Positions 24,437 to 37,800 of a stretch of 64,000 bases of DNA are shown piece after piece; position 1 is the stretch's first letter; each line of letters opens with the position of its first letter. A model generated the notes under the pieces. That model was not told where the DNA came from and searched no databases. It worked only from the letters and a program-made list of their open reading frames with translations. Source of the DNA: Hemiscyllium ocellatum (lineage: Eukaryota); the NCBI RefSeq assembly GCF_020745735.1, contig NC_083418.1, forward strand, positions 25,809,776-25,873,775, in the 5' to 3' direction. A program made the translations under genes and the position numbers.

Positions 24437-24556
24437 CCGAACAGCTTCCTCCCTACGGGGCTCTGGCTCTCGGGGATGAGAGCGTCGTTGTGTCTTCGGG
24501 CTGATTTTCCTTTTGCTGGGTTTGATTTGGGGGGTGGGAAGGAAGCGAGGACTTAC

Positions 24557-24749
24557 CGAGACAGGCTCCGCTGACCAGCGCACAGGCGGTCAGCGCTCCG
24601 GCCGACGCGCCGTAGATGTTGCTGGCGTTGTGGACCAGCTGGGGAGCGTGTTCACACAGGCAGCTGGCCACCCCGATGTGGTAAATGCCCAGGAAGCCGC
24701 AGCCGGCGAACGAGATGCTCCAGGAGGCCGAGTCTTCCGCAGGCAGCAT
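24557..24749 (-). CDS. PNPLA2: Patatin-like phospholipase domain-containing protein 2 (adipose triglyceride lipase), first coding exon
   Basis: Translates [65 protein letters not shown], with the patatin glycine-rich GCGFLG and nucleophile GASAG motifs. It ends at a phase-1 donor G|GTAAGT (24556-24551), the same junction as in vertebrate PNPLA2. Adjacency to RPLP2 and PIDD1 favours PNPLA2 over PNPLA3. Later exons were not found in the window. Confidence 0.93.
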
Positions 24750-25030
24750 CTCCCTCAAAATAAAACAACAGCGTACACCTTTTCCCTCCCCCCTCCCAGC
24801 GAGACTGGGAACCACTGCGCTTCACATTTTCCAGCTGCTCCCCTCCTTCCTTGTCTTTCCTGTTTTCTTCTGGTCTCTCTCCCCGCTTCCAATCAGCTCC
24901 ACCGTACACCCGGACCGACAGCCGCTTCTCCACCAATCACTGCCCGCACCCCGGCAACGCCTCTCAGTCAACAACAACTTGCATTTACATAGCGCTTGGA
25001 GCGTAACATGCTGATCGTATACGTCACATC
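24750..25030 (-). promoter_or_regulatory. PNPLA2 5' UTR / CpG-rich proximal promoter
   Basis: CpG-rich stretch upstream of the ATG, with CCAAT boxes at 24889-24893 and 24933-24937 and a CRE half-site ACGTCA at 25021-25026. Confidence 0.6.
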
Positions 25031-25361
25031 GCAGCAGTACTACAGAATATTATTTTGCTTTATTCATTCACGGGATAAGGGTGTCACTGGCCAGGGCAGC
25101 ATTTATTGCCCATCCTTAATTGGCCAGCGTCAACCACATTGCTGTGGGTCTGGAGTCACATGTAAAGCAGAGCAGCTAAGAACAGCAGTTTCCTTCCCCC
25201 TTCCCCCGGACATTAGTCAACCAAATAGGTGTTTCTGACAGTCCACAATGGTCATTATTAGACTCTTAATCCCTGATATTTATTGAATTCAAATTCCACA
25301 ATCTGCCTCAGCAAGATTTAAGCCCATCCACAAGACATTACTTGCATTTCTGGATTAACAA

Positions 25362-25738
25362 CTGAAAATATGTTTTCAGATTTCTCCAGTTTCCTCATTT
25401 CCCCTCCCCCCACCTTGTCTCAGTCCCAACCCTCGAACTCAGCACCACCTTCCTAACATGCAATCTTCTTCCTGACCTCTCCGCCCCCACCACCCCCTCC
25501 GGCATATCACCCTCACCTTAACCTCCTTCCACCTATCGCATTTCCAATGCTCCTCCCCCAAGTCCCTCCTCCCTACCTTTTATCTTAGCCTGCTTGGCAC
25601 ACCTTCCACATTCCTGAAGAAGGGCTCATGCCCGAAACGTCAATTCACCTGCTCCTTGGATGCTGCCTGACTTGCTGTGCTTTTCCAGCAACACATTTTC
25701 AGCTCTGATCTCCAGCATCTGCAGTCCTCACTTTCTCC
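25362..25738 (+). mobile_element. PLE family A pseudo-LTR insertion
   Basis: Pseudo-LTR, HHR and tail; flanked by duplicated TTTCTGGATTAACA. Confidence 0.8.
25610..25645 (+). ncRNA. Minimal hammerhead ribozyme motif (family A)
   Basis: CTGAAGA a GGGC-tcat-GCCC GAAA cg TC: core intact, first stem I pair broken. Confidence 0.55.
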
Positions 25739-26718
25739 TTTCTGGATTAACAGTCAAATAATACCATTAGGCCATCTCCTCTCACACATTCAGGGGTATT
25801 ATAAAGCAGAATTAATATCTAAACGGGGGAGTCGGATGTTTATCATCTTTAAGTGTGTCTGGACAAAGCAACTGAACAGAAAAACAAAATGGCAAGGAAC
25901 GAGCAGATTTTTCTTGTGTGGATCTAACAAGCCAAGTGAACTCCTTGTGTGCTGTGACTATTCTATGGCCAAAAGTATGGGTAGACTTTAAGGTTGAAAG
26001 GGGAAAGTGGGGAGGAGGTATATTCCAGAGTTTAGGGTGCAGGAGTCCAAGATAGGAACAGATTAAAACCAGAAGTGGTCAAGAGCTTAAAATTAATGTA
26101 CAGATAGCTCCCAAAGCAATCAATAAAGTTATTGCGAAGTCCTGATTTCATCTGTGCAGGTCATAGCATACTTTTGTCCAACCCGTTTAATGCGAAACTT
26201 AACATCTAATACATGGTTCATTTTTAAATTGCCATTCCTTCCTTGGTCTGTCATACACACATTTCCTCCCGTGAAGGTGCTGACATTGAGAGAAGTACAG
26301 TTGCGTCCAAAAGGTTAGTTCCACAGTTCATAACATCATTCCAGCTGCTCAATGTTAATGCCAGTTGCAAAGTAAGCGATGACTCAGGTATTGCAGTTGG
26401 ACTGACAGCAAGTTAAGTGTTCAACCACCATTCCCACCACACTGACAACAACTTCCAGAAGCCACATGTGTGCAGAAGTCTAGAAGATATAAAACTATGC
26501 ATCTCCCCTGCGTGCAATCAATTAGGAATCTATGAATTCCCTCCCACCTATGTGTGCAAATAAAGTATTGGCAAACCTGCGAGTTGTAACTACCCAACAA
26601 CCATTTGAGAATACTAGATGGGACAATTCTGGAACCTTGTACATCTCCTGCCCTGGACTTTCACTATTCCTCCATTCAGTCCAGTCATTCCCTCTCTGCA
26701 CTCTGTTTTTCTCCTCAT

Positions 26719-27047
26719 TAGATTAGATGATTAGATTCCCTACAGTATAGAAACAAGCCCTGCAACCCAACAAATCCACACCCTCCCTCCAAAGAGTAAC
26801 CCACCCAGACCATTCAACTACCCTACATTTACTCCTGACTAATGCACCTAACCTAAACATCCCTGAACACTATGGGCAATTTAGCACAGCTAATTCACCT
26901 GACCTACACATTTTTGAATTGTGGGAGGAAACCAGTGCACCCAGAGGAAATCCATGCAGGCACAGGGACAATGTGCAAACTCCACACAATCGCCCATGGT
27001 GGGAATTGAACCTGGGTCCCTGGTGCTGTGAGCCACCGTGCCACCCA
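26719..27047 (-). mobile_element. tRNA-derived SINE (HE1-type)
   Basis: Reverse-complement copy of the same family. Confidence 0.8.
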
Positions 27048-29059
27048 AAGAGCATTCGAAACTCTTCTTATTGAAGCTTTTATGCTATCACCTTCCTCTG
27101 GCTGAATGTCAAGACACACTGTAAGACACTTATCTTAAATGTCATACCCCAGTGTGTTTTTACTGTCAAGGTTAGGCAGAATTTAACATTTTGTGCATGC
27201 TTTGAAGTTAACAATTGTATTACAATATATCAAAATACTAATATGAGCTTGTTGGTTTTTGCTACTGAGAATTTTATCATCTCGGCAAATTAGGTAGGTA
27301 TGGGAAATAATCAACACTGTGTAATATCACTCGTTTTGAAAAATTGCCTTAGTACTTGCCCATATTTGAGAAAATATGGTAGCTGGACTTCTAAATATTT
27401 TTCAAGTGACTGTATCAACATTTATCAGGCATTTCAGATGGTTCCATGGTCTTGACCCTCTCCATCCCAAATGTCCCCGAAAGCAGTGGTGAATTACTGC
27501 AATTCAGGTACTTTTAGACACACCCACACACACTACTGTTTAGGAGTTTCAGGGTTCTTTTCAAGCAACACTGAAGGAATTACATGATTTTTCTACTTCA
27601 GGATGGGGAATAGCTTGCAAGTGAACTTTCAAGTAGTAGCATTCCCATTTATTGGAGGCCCTTGTTCTTCTGGATGGCACTGGCAATTGGTTTGCAAAGT
27701 TTTATAGAAGGAATCTTAGGGAACCTGCTCTGCATCTTGACCTCTTGTCCATCAGTGGTAGAGTGAGTGAATGGTACTATGTTATTCCCCTGCGCCTAAG
27801 CAATATCAACAATACTTGATGTTATTAAAACTGGCCAGTGACTCAAAAGCTACTTGACTTTCATCTCCCACAGCTTTTTTTTAGCTAGGTGACCCATAAC
27901 TCTGGCTTAACACTATTCCATTCGGTTATAAACACAACAAAGAAAACCAAAGTTTCAACACTGCATTGCAAGATTCAAATAGCATGCCAAATTTACACAA
28001 GACAAATCTTCCAAAATACATGACCAACAGAAAATAAGGGAAAAATAATATAACTGAGATCAAGAGAGCAAAGTAATTACCTACCAGTCTGCAAAATATA
28101 CATTGAGGGACAAACCCTCAAAAACTTTCACATTGAAAGCAAGCTCTTCCCATGAATCTAAAAGCACAAACTTGACTCCATGAACTGTGATGTATGTTTG
28201 TAATACATTAATGCCATTTCGGAACTTAGATTCAAAAATTGAACGGAGAGAGATTTTAGTTTGAGAGGATGGCTTCTTAACAAGGATCAGAATGTGGTTT
28301 GGACCAGTGAACTTAAGTCAGCTTTTCAAACAAAGCATGGATTCAAGATAAATGATTTGAAGAGCCATCTGGAAGGTTAATTGAAATATTCTCAAAATTG
28401 AACTTGCAGGAAAAGAGATGACACGGGGCCACTCAGAAGTCAGAAGAATACACCACCAAAAAAAAGGGCAGGCTTTTGTGGAAGTCCTCAGGCTGGAATA
28501 TAATCTTCTGTTTTTTTTAAGCATTCTTCAAACTCTCAAACATAGCTTTCAAAGGTTTAGAGGGAAACAAATTTGGACTGCATACATGTCTCAAGTACAG
28601 ACAGAGGAAAGCATACATGCTGAAAATACTGAAAGTCACCAAAAGGGAACACATTTAACCTCATTGATTAGATATGAAATTAAAGAATGTACAATTGTTA
28701 TTTGACTGGACTGTGTCTGTGAAAGATTGAATTATTTTTGCAGCTGAAGATCTTTTTAAAACTATCAAATGCAGAGTTTTATAGCATTTTCACAGGTAAT
28801 GCACATTTGTTAAAGAATGCATAGAGTAGTTGTAAAACTAACAACTGAACCACAGCAACCAAATTTCAGGCCCAGTTTCACGCTGGAATCTTAATTGATG
28901 GTAATACAGTACAGGACAAGTGAGGTACCGTCACTTTCAGAAGACCTGACACAATGGTGTTAGCACTACTGCTCCACAGAAGTATCCAGCCAGACCAACT
29001 GAATTCTATCTCACTCAGGCATACAACCCAACTACTGTATAGCTATACAATGTACACCA

Positions 29060-31000
29060 TAAGACATAGGAGCAGAAATTAGGTCATTTAGCCCGTTCTG
29101 TCATTCAACCATGGCTGATAAGCTTCTCAACCCCATTTTTCCTGTGACCTTTGATCCACTTGATACTCAAGAGCATATCTAACTCAGTCTTTATTATATC
29201 CAATGACCTGGTCTCCACAGCCTTTTGTGGCAATGAATTACATAGATTCACCACTGACTGAAGTAGTTTCTTCTTCTCTGTTCTGAAAGGTAAACAGCCT
29301 TTACTCTAAGGCTGGGTCTTTTGCATCCTGGTCTCTCTTGGGGGAGGGGAGGGCCGCCTTCCTAACCTGCAATCTTCTTCCTGACCTCTCCGCCCCCACT
29401 CTGGCCTATCACCCTCACCTTGACCTCCTTCCATCTGTCGCATTTCCAACACCCCTCCCCCAAGTCCCTCCTCCCTTTTATCTTAGCTTGCTGGACACAC
29501 TTTCCTCATTCCTGAAGAAGGGCTCATGCCTGAAACGGCGATTCTCCTGCTCTTTGGATGCTGCCTGACCTGCTGTGTTTTTCCAGCAACACATTTTCCA
29601 GCCTTCATCAGGAATCCCTCTTTAAAAACCGAATAAGGGTTTTTGCCCAGAACCCAAATTTTGCCCAATTTTTCTGCTCCTCAGATACTGCCTGACCTGC
29701 TGTGCTTTTCCAGTACCACTCTAATCTCGACGTTTAAACAGGTGTCATGTTAGTGATTTTCCAGTCATTGAGGACCCTCCCTGATTCTAACAATTCCGAA
29801 AAGATCACCAGTATCTCTGAGAACTCTGAGGTGGAGCCCATCTGGTTCAGGTGATTTATTCAACTTCAGCCCATTCAGTTTTTCTAGCACCTTCTCCTTG
29901 GGGCTAGCCACCAGACTCAGCTCTGCCCCCAACAGGCCTTCCACAGTGAAGACTGATGTAGTTATTCAATTCCTCAGTCATTTCCTTGTTCCTCACTCCT
30001 ATCTTGTGCCATTTTCCAACAGCCCAACATCCTCCTTTGACCGTTTCATGTCTAACAAAACTCTTAAATTGTCCACTATATCACTGGTTACATGCTCATA
30101 TTTAAATCTTCTTCCTTTGTTGCCCACTTTTGGTCTTTGCAAGCTTCCCGGCCCTGATTTCCCACTGCCCTTCACCACATTATATGCTTTTATGCAATCC
30201 CTGACTTCCCTAGTCAGCCATGGTTGACTCATCCTCCCTATACCATGGTTTTTTTTCCTCACGAGGAAGCTCTCTGGAGCGATTCCCAAAATCTCCTGCC
30301 TTTCCAACTTGGCTCCTCTCCTAGTCAAATCTACCCAGTTCCTCCCCCCTACCCACCTCTGTAGCTGACTTTATTCACCTGAAATATCTTCACCTCCAAT
30401 TCTATCCTCTCCCTCAAATTGCAGAACAAATTCAATATGATCATTGCCCCCTAAAGCGCTCTCATAAGGTTAGCCTCACACCACAACACTAATTTCAATA
30501 TTGCTTGTTCCATGGTGGGCTCCACCACAAGCTGCTCCAAGAAGCCATCTTGTAGACTTTCCAATTCCTTTCCTCACAACCCAGAGCCCAGCTGATTTTC
30601 CCAGTCCACCTGCATATTGAAATCCCCCATGATGACTGCAACTTTGCCTTACCTATCTCCTGGCATATCTTGCACGCCAGCTCCTGACTATGGGTTGTAA
30701 AGCTGTATTTAATGCCCATGTATAGTTTTTTTTAAAAAATCTTTACAATTCCTCAATTCTGCACCATCTGACCATAGCTCTTAATAAGGCAACCCCATTC
30801 CCTTTGTTCACCAGCCTCTTTCTACTAAGTTTATTTCCCTTTAATATTCAGCTCCCAATCCTGATCCCCTTGCAGCCACATGTGTGATGCCCATCACATC
30901 ATACTGCCAATTTCAATTTGTGTCACAAGCTCATTTACCTTAGCGCTTATACTGCATGCATTCATATAGAATGCCTTTAGTTTGGTACAAATGGTTCCTC
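29060..31000 (-). mobile_element. Old CR1 LINE fragments
   Basis: Degenerate ORF2 pieces (QPWLTREVRDCIK) and a 3' tail near 29060. Confidence 0.65.
29338..29732 (+). mobile_element. PLE family A pseudo-LTR fragments nested in an old CR1
   Basis: Same pseudo-LTR sequence as 13839-14190, followed by a second partial copy. Confidence 0.7.
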
Positions 31001-31674
31001 TTTGTTATTTAAGAGTGTAATTGGAAGTTTTGATTGTTAGCCTTTTCCATACATGTCCTATTTGTGTATGCTGGAGATTTTAATAACCTCAAGTTCTGCA
31101 CTCCCATTTCCTTCTCTAAATCCTATACCTCCTGCAGGATTGGGGCAGACACTTGTGAACTCCTCACAAATTCACCATCTATCAGTCTTTTCTTTGAGAA
31201 CAGTTCCATTGTACAAAATAAAAATCACTATTCAGTGATTCATCACTTTGTAAGATCACAAATGCATAAATACACCCAAGCCCATCATCACTATTTAAAA
31301 GTGAAAAGTACATCCCTACTTTCTTTCAGCCCAATTCAATTCTTTTATTTTGCACCATTTCAAACTTAGATTGTTAAAAAGTAACACTGCTTGGGCTAGC
31401 TGAATTAATTTTCACAATGCCACCTCTTATCAGCAGCACTGCACTTATGTACAACATCTGTTCATTAAGATCAAGGACTCCAAGCAACATTCACATTTCT
31501 TGTTCCATCAGGTAGTCAAGGCAGATATAGAAGGTAGGGAAATCTTTAAAAGGCAGTAACCTATATGTACTTCAGATTAATAGGTCACTGAGAACCTGGT
31601 GGGAGGGGTTTGAATTTGCACTTCAACTAATATCTCCAAAGCCAGGTTCTCTCTGTTAGGACGATTCAAAATAT

Positions 31675-32038
31675 NNNNNNNNNNNNNNNNNNNNNNNNNN
31701 NNNNNNNNNNNNNNNNNNNNNNNNNNNNNNNNNNNNNNNNNNNNNNNNNNNNNNNNNNNNNNNNNNNNNNNNNNNNNNNNNNNNNNNNNNNNNNNNNNNN
31801 NNNNNNNNNNNNNNNNNNNNNNNNNNNNNNNNNNNNNNNNNNNNNNNNNNNNNNNNNNNNNNNNNNNNNNNNNNNNNNNNNNNNNNNNNNNNNNNNNNNN
31901 NNNNNNNNNNNNNNNNNNNNNNNNNNNNNNNNNNNNNNNNNNNNNNNNNNNNNNNNNNNNNNNNNNNNNNNNNNNNNNNNNNNNNNNNNNNNNNNNNNNN
32001 NNNNNNNNNNNNNNNNNNNNNNNNNNNNNNNNNNNNNN
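31675..32038. other. Assembly gap
   Basis: 364 N bases. Confidence 1.
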
Positions 32039-32739
32039 TTACAGCTCACTGGAGAAAGCACCTTCTGTCTATTGTTTTGTCTAGCTTTTTAGCCCCTCGC
32101 ATCCCAGTGCTACATTCTTATTTGGTAAAACTCAGAATTTTCATGTGTGATTGGGTCTCACCTGATAACGTTCTATTACCTCAGTTTGAGCTACGTGTAT
32201 CTAGACACGGCTCTAATGTCCTGTTATCTCTCACCCTCCCTGGGGCCTCTTCAGGCTATGCCATCAGCTTTTCAGTCTGTTCTTAGTGTAACATAATGGC
32301 TTACTGTTGTCTAGTGAAGCTAACAAGTTCCAGACTTGTTAATACTACCTTACGTGAGCACTACTAACAATAAAGTTTCTTACACTGCCTAACCTTAATA
32401 ATGGATCCCAACACTCTCCCTCCCAAATATCAGTATTAAGTGGCAGCCACTTGAGTGAATAGTGAAGCTGAAGCCAACTACAGTACCTTTTTGTGCTGTC
32501 CAGCCACAACAAGCTTGACTGAATAGAAATTAATCCCAATACATTCAATGGGTTAGTATAAGAATTGTAAGGTCAAAGATGATGGTGAAAATATAGCTAT
32601 GCTTTACATGCATTGTCTAAAACTAGAAGCATTAAGATCCTTCCTCTAACTTGGAAGAGGAGAGAAGAAAGGGGACAAAGGGAACAGCTTTTTTGGACAG
32701 CCAACATTCCCCCAAAACAAATCAACATTCAATTTTTGC

Positions 32740-32816
32740 TTTATTGCTCACTCGCTGGTTTGCACACAACCCATTTTAAATACCAACAACCATCCATTAG
32801 GACACAAGAGTTTATT
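32740..32816 (-). terminator. RPLP2 polyadenylation signals
   Basis: Minus-strand AATAAA at 32816-32811 (16 nt after the stop) followed by GT-rich sequence, and a second AATAAA at 32745-32740. Confidence 0.7.
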
Positions 32817-32832
32817 TTAAAAAGTTTAGAAT

Positions 32833-32909
32833 CTAGTCAAAGAGACCAAAGCCCATGTCATCATCTGATTCTTCAGATTCTTCTTTCTTCTCTTCTTTCT
32901 TTTCTTCAG
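32833..32909 (-). CDS. RPLP2: 60S acidic ribosomal protein P2, exon 5 (last coding exon)
   Basis: CAG| acceptor, then (A)EEKKEEKKEESEESDDDMGFGLFD-TAG, the invariant P-protein C-terminus. Confidence 0.98.
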
Positions 32910-33133
32910 CTGATTAAAACAAAATTAGACAGTTAAAACCAATCCATTCATTTCAACATGATCTTAAGTCAGTGAGGATTCAAATCAGCATAAACCCATA
33001 AAAGAAAATCAAGCCTCTGTTCAATCATTTTTTTGAATATGTTGAAACTATTCAGGTCAGCTGAGCCTTTGCTGGGCCAACTGATGTGTTGCAGGGGTAT
33101 GTTACTAAGGACAGTCATGGTGATATCTTAAAT

Positions 33134-34055
33134 GGCTGTGATGTTTAAGATGATTTGCAGCTCAGTTTGAGGCTCAGGTTGTAAGTTTGCTCACTGAGCT
33201 GCTAGGTTGGTTGTCAGGCATCTCATCACCACGCTAGGTAACATTTGTGAGCCTCCGGTGAAGTGCTGGTGTTCTGTCCTGCTTTCTATTTACACGGCTT
33301 GGCTTGTTAAGGTGGGTGATATCATTTCTGGTTCTTTTTCTCAAAAGGTTGTTAAATTGGGTCACAACACACTGCAGCACCCAGGAACTACGAGCAGAAA
33401 ATACCTATACACTATATTCAAGAACCGGTACCCAATAAACAATCTACTGATTCTTGAACAACAAACCCAAACAAAATGACAACATGCTCAGAGACACAAT
33501 CCACACCATATAAATATCTTACATGATTACCAGGCTACTCAGACCCCATGGCATCATGGTAGCCCACAAACCCACCAACACACTGAAGCAGTTACTCATG
33601 AACCTAAAGGTGCCTGTGCCAACAACCAGAAAAGTGAACATAATTTACAAAATACCCTGCAAGGACTGCAACAAACTACAATCAGAGACAGGCAGGAAAC
33701 TAGCCGCCAGGACACAAACACCAACTCACCAAGAGACATGACCTACTACCACTAGTATCCATAAGGATAGACAAAGACCACCACTTCAACTGGGACAACA
33801 CATCCATCTAGAACAGCCTAAACAGAGACATGCGCGGGAATTCCTAGAGACCCGGCATTCAAACCGGAACTCCATCAACAAACAGTGATTTGGACCCCAT
33901 TTACCAACCTCTGAGAAAAAGAACAGGAAATGATATCATCCACCGTAACAGACCAAGACACAGAAACAGAAAGCAGAACAGAACACCAGTGCTTCACCAG
34001 AGGCTCACTGATGATGTTACAAATCTTCCAGCTCAGTGGGCCAACTCACAACTTG
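33134..34055 (+). mobile_element. Penelope-like element (Poseidon-type), family C, in RPLP2 intron 4
   Basis: Degenerate ORF RLLRPHGIMVAHKPTNTLKQLL...NIIYKIPCKDC...ETGRKLAAR (PLE linker and GIY-YIG), an inverted pseudo-LTR on the left, and a 9-bp duplication ATCTTAAAT (33125-33133, 34056-34064). Confidence 0.8.
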
Positions 34056-34262
34056 ATCTTAAATAATTATTCTGAAGTGCCTCCAATTTCTATCTGTAAC
34101 ACTGGGTGTAACGAACAATTTAACACCTCTGCTTTATGATACTCAGCTTTGTGAAGCGAGCAAATGTATCAAATGCTGCACTTTAGTACTGGATCAGACA
34201 CAAAAGTCACAATTTAAACCAGAAGTTAATACTATCCAAATAATGAGACATTGAGCACTTAC

Positions 34263-34349
34263 CAACAGCTGCTGCAGCTGGAGCAGCACCACCTGTAGCA
34301 CCAGCAGCGGCGACCCCACCAGCTGGGACACTTGCAAGTTTAGCATTGC
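34263..34349 (-). CDS. RPLP2: 60S acidic ribosomal protein P2, exon 4
   Basis: TAG|...|GTAAGT boundaries, 87 nt, (G)NAKLASVPAGGVAAAGATGGAAPAAAAV alanine-rich hinge. Phases match the flanking exons. Confidence 0.97.
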
Positions 34350-34611
34350 CTAGATAGAAAATTCGTTAGTCAGAGTAACACTACATTATACTTTCCCCAT
34401 CTCTACCACAGATTCCAAAATCCACATTTCCACAGGCATGCAAAGATAAGCTTGTCCCACAACCCACCACAGAATGAGGCATCAAGAGAAAGAGATTTGG
34501 GGAAAAAAAAAACTATTTTAAAAATCATTTGGGAGTGGGGAGGGTTGTGCGACGGCTACTTTCTCTGGACAGACGGGAATAGAAAATTTAGTTTTGTTGC
34601 CGTGACAACTT

Positions 34612-34817
34612 TGAGTAAAAAGTGAGGTCTGCAGATGCTGGAGATCAGAGCTGAAAAGTGTTGCTGGTTAAACGCAGCAGGTCAGGCAGCATCCAAGGTA
34701 CAGGAAATTCACGTTTCGGGCAAAAGCTGATGATGAAGGGCTTTTGCCTGAAACGTCAAATTTCCTGTTCCTTGGATGTTGCCTGACCTACTGCGCTTTA
34801 ACCAGCACCACATTTTC
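34612..34817. mobile_element. PLE-derived fold-back element, family A, in RPLP2 intron 3
   Basis: Palindrome plus tail; 14-bp TSD TGC(C/T)GTGACAACTT at 34598-34611 and 34818-34831. Confidence 0.8.
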
Positions 34818-37800
34818 TGCTGTGACAACTTCCACTGCTTTTCAGGTATGTGGTTGGGGAGCAATAATAGAATTGACCTATACTCCCAGAGTCAACAAGA
34901 ACAAAAGGAAGCACAATATAGAGGAACCTAGATTACCTGAATATCGGACTATCCAAAGGAGATTGAGGTCCCGATAGAAGCATTACATCAAGAGTTGTTT
35001 TGACCCAGATTGCGTATTTTGCTTACAGTGATTAAAAACTATCTTGGCTCATTGTTCTCAGCAGCATTTCAGTCTTGGAAATGGCTGACCTCCTGCCCAC
35101 TATTCCACCCCCCACCTTCCATGGAGTTCTACACAGGGGTGACCCCTAAACCTCCCCTTTCCCCAGATAATCTCTCCAACATTGCCCTGTACAGGGCAGA
35201 GGTGGAACTTGTCAAAAAGTTGCAGTAAAAATGTTGCGCCTGTGTGCGCGCACACGCTCTAATTGGAGACTTACCCCACAAAGGCAGCAACAGTCTTACA
35301 GTTGGTGCCCACTCCGGCTGCTCCAATGTGGAGGGGGGGCTGACAGGTGTTGGGGGCAGTGGGGCCAGGGTCTCGCACTCGGTGTGCTGCAGTCTCCTCT
35401 CCTGAACAGGGAGTTGACTTAACAGAAAACTCCGAGACCCAGAGGAGAGGCATTGAATCGATTAACAAATAATCAATTATCTGAAATAAATTGCTCCCAC
35501 CCATCTCAATCAGATAATCGAGGTTCCTCTGTACTGTGAAACAAGGCTTTGGCACCACAGAGGCAAGGAAGACTTTTTCTACTGGCTGATATTTCAAGAT
35601 AACCATAGCCATTAGACAAGGCATTACCCACGGAGGACTGAGACGAGGAGAAATCTTTCAGCCCAGAGACCACAAATGTTGTGAATCCTCAATTCCAGAC
35701 AGCTGTGGATGCTCAGTGGATGGGTATATTCACGACAGCGGAAAAGCAAATGGAAGCCACAATACTCAATAATATAGCTCGCATGATGTGCTGACTCCTG
35801 TTCTTATTTGGAGAGTTCTTACTTTTGGCATAACATTAAAATGTTCATGGAAAGTGGTTGTTCCTGTTTAGTTTTAAATCAAACAAACATCACCCATCAC
35901 TGAACTCCATTATGGATTGCTTCCATTTGTAGCACCTATTTTACAGGTAAAGAATTTGAATATCCCATCAGATTTCCATTAATCCCTTTGCACATGTCAT
36001 CCCAAATACCCTGTCTCATACTTTAGCTATACACTGAAACTTGAGTCCAAAAGATTAAAATAACATCTGTCCTCACATTAAACATCATTTAAGCCTTGGT
36101 ATAGTAATAGCATACTTGCTTCTGAGACAGGACGTGAACATTATTCGCTTGACAGTCAACACAGCACCAAACGTGATGCATTTTGAAAGATAGATTAAAC
36201 CAGGCTACAGTCTCCCCCTCAGGTAGAAAAAAATCCCAAGTATTTCACCAACAGCCATCTTTCTAATACCAGAGAAAACAGATCACCAGATCATCCTCAA
36301 TTTGAGAGAAGCTTATTACATGCAAACTAACGATACTACATTACAGTGATGCAGTGGATTGGGTGTGAAGAGTTTAGCCATGTCAGAGGGTGTGAAAAGC
36401 ACTTTCTGATTGAATAAGTTAAGAGACAATTATATATGACTAGTGCTTATTACAATGATATCCAAGGGAAAAACAATTGAGTGTTAGGTGTAGGGTTGCA
36501 CACAACAGGAGAGTCAGCAAAAACAACAGATGCACAAACAAATATCCCCCAAAAGCAAAACTCCACAGTTAATGAAACCTAATCAAAGAACATCACGATT
36601 GAAAGAAAGGGAAAACAGGTCCAAAAATCATACAAACCTGATCAAATAATATGCCCTAGTGACATTGGCTCAGGATGTCAAAAGAACCCTCCAGCTCTGA
36701 CTACTGCTATAGGATCTGTGCCCATCTGAGGGGACTGATGCAGCATTACTTAACACCTTTTGATTGATGCAGAACATCCACAAGTACTGAAGTTTCAGCT
36801 TAGATAGTATGCTTAAAGCTTGGGACTTAATCTGCACTGGAATCAAGAAAACAGCACATAACCAAGGCTGACTATTATCTCAAATTCTCAGTTGAGGTTT
36901 AAGCGGAAGTATCTCAAACACTACCTTCAACTATAAAAACATTTGTTTGTTAAAAAAAACTGAACATCTAAAGAGCAACACCTGCTCTAGTCTGAAAACT
37001 TTAAAACCTACATTTAGCTTTGAACGCCTAATTCCAGCATATCTTCAATCCCATAGACTTGTTGCAAAATTCAACACCTATGAGGTGCATCATCAAATGA
37101 GTTTTAACTTTCTCCCCATACAAAATATTCTGACCAAGGTCCATCATGTCACAGCAATCAGGCAGAATCAAATTTCAGTTCCTCTGACAAACCCACATCC
37201 ATAGGTCACACCAGATAGATGGTGCAATTATGGTAACAATTGCAACCTCTCTTCCTGGGTGATGAGATCCAGCTCTTTGCCAATTGACAATAAAAATCTA
37301 AATCTAACCAAGACCTTGGTGACTTCCATTTCTTCATCACCTCTGGATATGCCAACAACAAACTGACCTAGCAATGAACACAAACATTTGACAATACTAC
37401 TCCAAAAATCAGCTCAGCTTGCTACGTTCACTTTAACTTGCACAATGCACATTCTCGTCATAGCCATGGAATCAGCCTTACAAACCACACCTTGTGCTTC
37501 CTTCCAGATTTCTAGCTTTTAAGTATGCTGACCATTGTACACACCCTGACAAAATGATCAGAAATACGAACAAAACACTGCACACCCACTCAGATTGTTG
37601 AGTGTTTTATGCACACAGAATTCTCATGAATTAAAGCTTTTAGAGTCATACAACAGGTAACTCGTCCATGCTGACCATGCATCTTAAACTGAACTTGTCC
37701 ATGTGCCCACGTTTGGCCCATAACCATCTAAACCTTTCCTATCCATATACCCATCCATATGTCTTATAAATCTTGCAATTGTATGCACCTTTCCATTTCC

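Noticed and set aside
1-24550. Further PNPLA2 coding exons
   Set aside because: I looked for the expected next-exon motifs (GPLHPSFN, ISLTRV, DGG) on the minus strand and found none. ORFs such as 1199-1447 and 12219-12603 do not match.
31666-32061. 131-aa ORF
   Set aside because: Artefact of the N gap.
35184-35411. Imperfect inverted ends CCCTGTACAGG / CCTGAACAGGG in RPLP2 intron 3
   Set aside because: Short and imperfect with no TSD visible; probably an unclassified repeat, not supportable as a defined element or snoRNA.
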